Assembly (NCBI GenBank): GCA_964016885.1
Contig: OZ024742.1
Span: 349,742,001 to 349,806,000 of the forward strand
Source of the DNA: Eledone cirrhosa
Lineage: Eukaryota
Direction: 5' to 3'
DNA: 64,000 bases
Shown: positions 54,701 to 64,000 of the stretch, piece after piece
Position numbering within the stretch: position 1 is the first letter of the stretch
How the letters are laid out: every line of letters starts with the position of its first letter
Notes under the pieces: model-generated
Database searches by the model: none
What the model saw: only the letters and a program-made list of their open reading frames with translations
Told to the model about the DNA's origin: nothing
Program-made: the position numbers and the translations under genes

Positions 54701-57700
54701 ACTGAACGGAGAGACATTGAACAGAGAGACATTGAACAGAGAGACACTGAACAGAGAGGCATTGAACAGAGAGACACTGAACAGAGAGACATTGAACAGA
54801 GAGACATTGAACAGAGAGACATTGAACAGAAAGACATTGAACAGAGAGACATTTAACAGAAAGACATTGATCAGAGAGACACTGAACAGAGAGACACTGA
54901 ACAGAGAGGCATTGAAAAGAGAGACACTGAACAGAGAGACACTGAACAGAGAGACACTGAACAGAGAGACGTTGAACAGAGAGACACTGAACAGAGAGAC
55001 ATTGAACAGAGAGACATTAAAGAGAGAGACATTGAACAGAGAGACACTGAACAGAGAGACAGTGAACAGAGAGACATTGAACAGAGAGACACTGAACAGA
55101 GAGACACTGAACAGGGAGACACTGTACAGAGAAACATTGAACAGAGAGACATTGAACAGAGAGACACTGAACAGAGACACACTGACCAGAGAGACATTGC
55201 AAGGAGAGACATTGAACAGAGAGACATTGAAAAGAGAGACATTGAACAGAGAGACACTGAACAGAGAGACATTGAACAGGGAGACACTGTACTGAGAGAC
55301 ACTGAACAGACAGACACTGAACAGAGAGAGATTGAACAGAGAGACACTGAACAGAGAGACATTGAACAGAGAGACAATGAACAGACAGACATTGAACAGA
55401 GAGACATTGAACAGAGAGACATTGAACAGAGAGACACTGTACAGAGAGACATTGAACAGAGAGACATTGAACAGAGAGACATTGAACAGAGTGACATTAA
55501 ACAGAGAGACATTGATCAGAGAGACAATGAACAGACAGACATTGAACAGAGAGACACTGAACAGAGAGACATTGAACAGAGAGACATTGAACAGAGAGAC
55601 ATTGAACAGAGAGACATTGAACAGAGAGACATTAAACAGAGAATCACTGAACAGAGAGACATTGAACAGAGAGACATTGAACAGAGAGACATTGAACAGA
55701 GAGACACTGAACAGAGAGACATTGAACAGAGAGACATTGAACAGAGAGACATTGAACAGAGAGACACTGAACAGAGAGACATTGAACAGAGAGACACTGA
55801 ACAGAGAGACATTGAACAGAGAGACACTGAACAGAGAGACATTGAACAAAGAGACACTGAACAGAGAGACACTGAACAGAGAGACATTGAACAGTGAGAC
55901 ATTGAACAGAGAGACATTGAACAGAGAGACACTGAATTGAGAGACATTGAACAGAGAGACATTGAACAGAGAGACACTGAACAGAGAGACACTGAACAGA
56001 GAGACACTGAACAGAGAGACATTGAACAGAGAGACATTGAACAGAGAGACATTGAACAGAGAGACACTGAACAGAGAGACATTGAACAGAGAGACATTGC
56101 ACAGAGAGCCATTGAACAGAGAGACATTGAACAGAGAGACACTGAACAGAGAGACATTGAACAGAGAGACATTGAACAGAGAGACACTGAACAGAGATAC
56201 ATTGAACAGTGAGACACTGTACAGAGAGACATTGAACAGAGAGACACTGAATAGAGAGACATGAACAGAGAGACATTGAACAGAGAGACACTGAACAGAG
56301 AGACACTGAACAGAGAGACATTGAACAGAGAGACATTGGACAGAGAGACACTGAACAGAGAGACATTGAACAGAGAGACACTGAACAGAGAGACACTGAA
56401 CAGAGAGACATTGAACAGACAGACATTGAACAGAGAGACACTGAACAGAGAGACACTGAACAGAGAGACACTGAACAGAGGGACACTGAACAGAGAGACA
56501 CTGAACAGAGAGACACTGAACAGAGAGACACTGAACAGAGAGACATTGAACAGAAAGACACTGAACAGAGAGACATTGAACAGTGAGACACTGTACAGAG
56601 AGACATTGAACAGAGAGACACTGAATTGAGAGACATTGATCAGAGAGACATTGAACAGAGAGACAGTGAACAGAGAGACAGTGAACAGAGAGACACTGAA
56701 CAGAGAGACATTGAACAGAGAGACATTGAACAGAGAGACATTGAACAGAGAGACACTGAACAGAGAGACATTGAACAGAGAGACATTGCACAGAGAGACA
56801 TTGAACAGAGAGACATTGAACAGAGAGACACTGAACAGAGAGACATTGAACAGAGAGACATTGAAAAGAGAGACACTGAACAGAGATACATTGAACAGTG
56901 AGACACTGTACAGAGAGACATTGAACAGAGAGACACTGAATAGAGAGACATGAACAGAGAGACATTGAACAGAGAGACACTGAACAGAGAGACACTGAAC
57001 AGAGAGACATTGAACAGAGAGACATTGAACAGAGAGACACTGAACAGAGAGACATTGAACAGAGAGACACTGAACAGAGAGACACTGAACAGAGAGACAC
57101 TGAACAGAGAGACAATGAACAGACAGACATTGAACAGAGAGACACTGAACAGAGAGACACTGAACAGAGAGACACTGAACAGAGGGACAGTGAACAGAGA
57201 GACACTGAACAGAGAGACACTGAACAGAGAGACACTGAACAGAGAGACATTGAACAGAGAGACACTGAACAGAGAGACACTGAACAGAGAGACACTGAAC
57301 AGAGGGACACTGAACAGAGAGACATTGAACAGAGAGACACTGAACAGAGAGACATTGAACAGAGAGAAACTGAACAGAGAGACATTGAACAGAGAGACAC
57401 TGAACAGAGAGACATTGAACAGAGAGACACTGAACAGAGAGATACTGAACAGAGAGACATTGAACAGAGAGACACTGAACAGAGAGACATTGAACAGAGA
57501 GACACTGAACAGAGAGACACTGAACAGAGAGACATTGAACAGAGAGACACTGAACAGAGAGACACTGAACAGAGAGACACTGAACAGAGAGACAATGAAC
57601 AGACAGACATTGAACAGAGAGACGTTGAACAGAGAGACATTAAACAGAGAGACACTTTACAGAGAGACATTGAACAGAGAGACATTGAACAGAGAGACAT

Positions 57701-60700
57701 TGAACAGAGTGACATTAAACAGAGAGACATTGATCAGAGAGACAATGAACAGACAGACATTAAACAGAGAGACACTGAACAGAGAGACATTGAACAGAGA
57801 GACATTGAACAGAGAGACATTGAACAGAGAGACATTAAACAGAGAATCACTGAACAGAGAGACATTGAACAGAGAGACATTGAACAGAGAGACATTGAAC
57901 AGAGAGACATTGAACAGAGAGACACTGAACAGAGAGACATTGAACAGAGAGACATTGAACAGAGAGACATTGAACAGAGAGACACTGAACAGAGAGACAT
58001 TGAACAGAGAGACACTGAACAGAGAGACATTGAACAGAGAGACACTGAACAGAGAGACATTGAACAGAGAGACACTGAACAGAGAGACACTGAATAGAGA
58101 GACATTGAACAGTGAGACATTGAACAGAGAGACATTGAACAGAGAGACACTGAATTGAGAGACATTGAACAGAGAGACACTGAACAGAGAGACACTGAAC
58201 AGAGAGACACTGAACAGAGAGACATTGAACAGAGACATTGAACAGAGAGACACTGAACAGAGAGACATTGAACAGAGAGACACTGAACAGAGAGACACTG
58301 AACAGAGAGACACTGAACAGAGAGACATTGAACAGACAGACATTGAACAGAGAGACACTGAACAGAGAGACACTGAACAGAGAGACACTGACAGAGGGAC
58401 ACTGAACAGAGAGACACTGAACAGAGAGACACTGAACAGAGAGACACTGAACAGAGAGACATTGAACAGAGAGACACTGAACAGAGAGACACTGAACAGA
58501 GAGACACTGAACAGAGGGACACTGAACAGAGAGACATTGAACAGAGAGACACTGAACAGAGAGACATTGAACAGAGAGAAACTGAACAGAGAGACATTGA
58601 ACAGAGAGACACTGAACAGAGAGACATTGAACAGAGAGACACTGAACAGAGAGATACTGAACAGAGAGACATTGAACAGAGAGACACTGAACAGAGAGAC
58701 ATTGAACAGAGAGACACTGAACAGAGAGACACTGAACAGAGAGACACTGAACAGAGAGACGTTGAACAGAGAGACAATGAACAGACAGACATTGAACAGA
58801 GAGACATTGAACAGAGAGACATTGAACAGAGAGACACTTTACAGAGAGACAGTGAACAGGGAGACATTGAACAGAGAGACATTGAACAGAGTGACATTAA
58901 ACAGAGAGACATTGATCAGAGAGACAATGAACAGACAGACATTGAACAGAGAGACACTGAACAGAGAGACATTGAACAGAGAGACATTGAACAGAGAGAC
59001 ATTGAACAGAGAGACATTAAACAGAGAATCACTGAACAGAGAGACATTGAACAGAGAGACATTGAACAGAGAGACATTGAACAGAGAGACATTGAACAGA
59101 GAGACACTGAACAGAGAGACATTGAACAGAGAGACATTGAACAGAGAGACATTGAACAGAGAGACACTGAACAGAGAGACATTGAACAGAGAGACACTGA
59201 ACAGAGAGACATTGAACAGAGAGACACTGAACAGAGAGACATTGAACAGAGAGACACTGAACAGAGAGACACTGAACAGAGAGACATTGAACAGTGAGAC
59301 ATTGAACAGAGAGACATTGAACAGAGAGACACTGAATTGAGAGACATTGAACAGAGAGACATTGAACAGAGAGACACTGAACAGAGAGACACTGACAGAG
59401 AGACACTGAACAGAGAGACATTGAACAGAGAGACATTGAACAGAGAGACACTGAACAGAGAGACATTGAACAGAGAGACATTGCACAGAGAGACATTGAA
59501 CAGAGAGACATTGAACAGAGAGACACTGAACAGAGAGACATTTAACAGAGAGACATTGAACAGAGAGACACTGAACAGAGATACATTGAACAGTGAGACA
59601 CTGTACATAGAGACATTGAACAGAGAGACACTGAATAGAGAGACATGAACAGAGAGACATTGAACAGAGAGACACTGAACAGAGAGACACTGAACAGAGA
59701 AACATTGAACAGGGAGACATTGGACAGAGAGACACTGAACAGAGAGACATTGAACAGAGAGACACTGAACAGAGAGACACTGAACAGAGAGACACTGAAC
59801 AGAGAGACATTGAACAGACAGACATTGAACAGAGAGACACTGAACAGAGAGACACTGAACAGAGAGACACTGAACAGAGGGACACTGAACAGAGAGACAC
59901 TGAACAGAGAGACACTGAACAGAGAGACACTGAACAGAGAGACATTGATCAGAGAGACACTGAACAGAGAGACATTGAACAGAGAGACACTGAACAGAGA
60001 GACACTGAACAGAGAGACATTGAACAGTGAGACATTGAACAGAGAGACATTGAACAGAGAGACACTGAATTGAGAGACATTGAACAGAGAGACATTGAAC
60101 AGAGAGACACTGAACAGAGAGACACTGAACAGAGAGACACTGAACAGAGAGACATTGAACAGAGAGACATTGAACAGAGAGACATTGAACAGAGAGACAC
60201 TGAACAGAGAGACATTGAACAGAGAGACATTGAACAGAGAGACATTGAACAGAGAGACACTGAACAGAGAGACATTGAACAGAGAGACACTGAACAGAGA
60301 GACATTGAACAGAGAGACACTGAACAGAGAGACATTGAACAGAGAGACATTGAACAGAGAGACACTGAACAGAGAGACATTGAACAGAGAGACACGAACA
60401 GAGAGACATTGAACAGAGAGACATTGAACAGTGAGACACTGTACAGAGAGACATTGAACAGAGAGACACTGAATTGAGAGACATTGAACAGAGAGACATT
60501 GAACAGAGAGACACTGAACAGAGAGACACTGAACAGAGAGACACTGAACAGAGAGACATTGAACAGAGAGACATTGAACAGAGAGACATTGAACAGAGAG
60601 ACACTGAACAGAGAGACATTGAACAGAGAGACATTGCACAGAGAGACATTGAACAGAGAGACATTGAACAGAGAGACACTGAACAGAGAGACATTGAACA

Positions 60701-60920
60701 GAGAGACATTGAACAGAGAGACACTGAACAGAGATACATTGAACAGTGAGACACTGTACAGAGAGACATTGAACAGAGAGACACTGAATAGAGAGACATG
60801 AACAGAGAGACATTGAACAGTGAGACACTGAACAGAGAGACACTGAACAGAGAGACATTGAACAGAGAGACATTGAACAGAGAGACATTGAAAAGAGAGA
60901 CACTGAACAGAGAGACATTG
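22750..60920. repeat. Tandem higher-order duplication, ~19.05-19.11 kb x2 (junction ~41860)
   Basis: ORF pairs 23163/42273 and 24752/43862 are offset 19110; 27089/46139, 32870/51920 and 41020/60070 are offset 19050. Rare marker gacacgaaca occurs at 41341 and 60391. Boundaries approximate. Confidence 0.92.
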
Positions 60921-63900
60921 AACAGAGAGACACTGAACAGAGAGACACTGAACAGAGAGACACTGAACAGAGAGACATTGAACAGACAGACATTGAACAG
61001 AGAGACACTGAACAGAGAGACACTGAACAGAGAGACACTGAACAGAGAGACATTGAACAGACAGACATTGAACAGAGAGACACTGAACAGAGGGACACTG
61101 AACAGAGAGACACTGAACAGAGAGACACTGTACAGAGAGACATTGAACAGAGAGACATTGAACAGAGAGACACTGCACAGAGAGACATTGAACAGAGAGA
61201 CACTGAACAGAGACACACTGAACAGCGAGGCATTGAACAGAGAGACACTGAACAGAGAGACATTGAACAGAGAGACATTGAACAGAGAGACACTGAACAG
61301 AGAGACACTGAACAGAGAAACACTGCACGGAGAGACATTGAACAAAGAGATATTGAACAGAGAGACACTGTACAGAGAGACATTGAACAGAGAGACATTG
61401 AACAGAGAGACACTGCACAGAGAGACATTGAACAGAGAGACACTGAACAGAGAGACACTGAACAGCGAGATATTGAACAGAGAGACACTGAACAGATAGA
61501 CATTGAACAGAGAGACATTGAAAAGAGAGACACTGAACAGAGAGACATTGAACAGAGAGACACTGAACAGAGAGACATTGAACAGAGACACACTGACAGA
61601 GAGACACTGAACAGAGAGACATTGAACAGAGAGACATTGAACAGAGAGACACTGAACAGAGAGATATTGAACAGAGAGACATTGAACAGAGAGACACTGA
61701 ACGGAGAGACATTGAACAGAGAGACATTGAACAGAGAGACACTGAACAGAGAGGCATTGAACAGAGAGACACTGAACAGAGAGACATTGAACAGAGAGAC
61801 ATTGAACAGAGAGACATTGAACAGAAAGACATTGAACAGAGAGACATTTAACAGAAAGACATTGATCAGAGAGACACTGAACAGAGAGACACTGAACAGA
61901 GAGGCATTGAAAAGAGAGACACTGAACAGAGAGACACTGAACAGAGAGACACTGAACAGAGAGACGTTGAACAGAGAGACACTGAACAGAGAGACATTGA
62001 ACAGAGAGACATTAAAGAGAGAGACATTGAACAGAGAGACACTGAACAGAGAGACAGTGAACAGAGAGACATTGAACAGAGAGACACTGAACAGAGAGAC
62101 ACTGAACAGGGAGACACTGTACAGAGAAACATTGAACAGAGAGACATTGAACAGAGAGACACTGAACAGAGACACACTGACCAGAGAGACATTGCAAGGA
62201 GAGACATTGAACAGAGAGACATTGAAAAGAGAGACATTGAACAGAGAGACACTGAACAGAGAGACATTGAACAGGGAGACACTGTACTGAGAGACACTGA
62301 ACAGACAGACACTGAACAGAGAGAGATTGAACAGAGAGACACTGAACAGAGAGACATTGAACAGAGAGACAATGAACAGACAGACATTGAACAGAGAGAC
62401 ATTGAACAGAGAGACATTGAACAGAGAGACACTGTACAGAGAGACATTGAACAGAGAGACATTGAACAGAGAGACATTGAACAGAGTGACATTAAACAGA
62501 GAGACATTGATCAGAGAGACAATGAACAGACAGACATTGAACAGAGAGACACTGAACAGAGAGACATTGAACAGAGAGACATTGAACAGAGAGACATTGA
62601 ACAGAGAGACATTAAACAGAGAATCACTGAACAGAGAGACATTGAACAGAGAGACATTGAACAGAGAGACATTGAACAGAGAGACACTGAACAGAGAGAC
62701 ATTGAACAGAGAGACATTGAACAGAGAGACATTGAACAGAGAGACACTGAACAGAGAGACATTGAACAGAGAGACACTGAACAGAGAGACATTGAACAGA
62801 GAGACACTGAACAGAGAGACATTGAACAAAGAGACACTGAACAGAGAGACACTGAACAGAGAGACATTGAACAGTGAGACATTGAACAGAGAGACATTGA
62901 ACAGAGAGACACTGAATTGAGAGACATTGAACAGAGAGACATTGAACAGAGAGACACTGAACAGAGAGACACTGAACAGAGAGACACTGAACAGAGAGAC
63001 ATTGAACAGAGAGACATTGAACAGAGAGACATTGAACAGAGAGACACTGAACAGAGAGACATTGAACAGAGAGACATTGCACAGAGAGCCATTGAACAGA
63101 GAGACATTGAACAGAGAGACACTGAACAGAGAGACATTGAACAGAGAGACATTGAACAGAGAGACACTGAACAGAGATACATTGAACAGTGAGACACTGT
63201 ACAGAGAGACATTGAACAGAGAGACACTGAATAGAGAGACATGAACAGAGAGACATTGAACAGAGAGACACTGAACAGAGAGACACTGAACAGAGAGACA
63301 TTGAACAGAGAGACATTGGACAGAGAGACACTGAACAGAGAGACATTGAACAGAGAGACACTGAACAGAGAGACACTGAACAGAGAGACATTGAACAGAC
63401 AGACATTGAACAGAGAGACACTGAACAGAGAGACACTGAACAGAGAGACACTGAACAGAGGGACACTGAACAGAGAGACACTGAACAGAGAGACACTGAA
63501 CAGAGAGACACTGAACAGAGAGACATTGAACAGAAAGACACTGAACAGAGAGACATTGAACAGTGAGACACTGTACAGAGAGACATTGAACAGAGAGACA
63601 CTGAATTGAGAGACATTGATCAGAGAGACATTGAACAGAGAGACAGTGAACAGAGAGACAGTGAACAGAGAGACACTGAACAGAGAGACATTGAACAGAG
63701 AGACATTGAACAGAGAGACATTGAACAGAGAGACACTGAACAGAGAGACATTGAACAGAGAGACATTGCACAGAGAGACATTGAACAGAGAGACATTGAA
63801 CAGAGAGACACTGAACAGAGAGACATTGAACAGAGAGACATTGAAAAGAGAGACACTGAACAGAGATACATTGAACAGTGAGACACTGTACAGAGAGACA

Positions 63901-64000
63901 TTGAACAGAGAGACACTGAATAGAGAGACATGAACAGAGAGACATTGAACAGAGAGACACTGAACAGAGAGACACTGAACAGAGAGACATTGAACAGAGA
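51200..64000. repeat. ~7.0-kb higher-order duplication (also seen partially at 32150/39150)
   Basis: ORF pairs 51169/58165, 52649/59645 and 32119/39115 are offset 6996; 53803/60798 is offset 6995; 56261/63241 is offset 6980. Confidence 0.88.

Larger units (their letters stand above)
6258..64000. repeat. 15-bp satellite array, consensus GAACAGAGAGACAYT, runs off the window end
   Basis: Continuous head-to-tail monomers over ~57.7 kb (~3,850 units by division), one orientation, no visible foreign insertions. Two major variants (CATTG/CACTG) plus rare substitutions and 1-2 bp indels. Confidence 0.99.

Noticed and set aside
6200-63990. Long ORFs (up to 1936 aa) as real repeat-protein genes
   Set aside because: They overlap in five frames, switch frame at monomer indels, have no unique domains, and follow directly from a 15-bp unit with a stop in only one frame.
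6258-64000. CRISPR array or other repeat-spacer system
   Set aside because: Monomers are contiguous with no unique spacers, there are no cas genes, and the context is eukaryotic.
6258-64000. Telomeric repeat
   Set aside because: It has no TTAGGG-like G-rich unit, and its multi-kb duplicated variant patterns indicate recombination rather than telomerase synthesis.

Overview
This is eukaryotic, AT-rich, gene-free DNA. The repeat content (TATG/GT microsatellites, tRNA-derived SINEs, and R4/Dong-like and RTE-associated fragments) resembles a cephalopod genome such as Octopus; this is inferred, not verified by search. Bases 1-6257 are a patchwork of retroelement debris: a decayed Penelope-like reverse transcriptase, two 5'-truncated copies of a restriction-like-endonuclease LINE sitting in (TATG)n, two tandem non-autonomous structured elements whose 5' end fits a degenerate HDV-like ribozyme fold, and three tRNA-SINE copies. 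From ~6258 to the window end is one uninterrupted head-to-tail array of a 15-bp satellite (GAACAGAGAGACAYT, roughly 3,850 monomers). The array starts inside the tRNA head of a SINE and was built by nested duplications of about 180/360 bp, 0.69, 2.1, 3.2, 3.4, 7.0, 9.5 and 19 kb. All long ORFs in the track are translation artefacts of the 15-mer. No intact protein-coding gene is supported.
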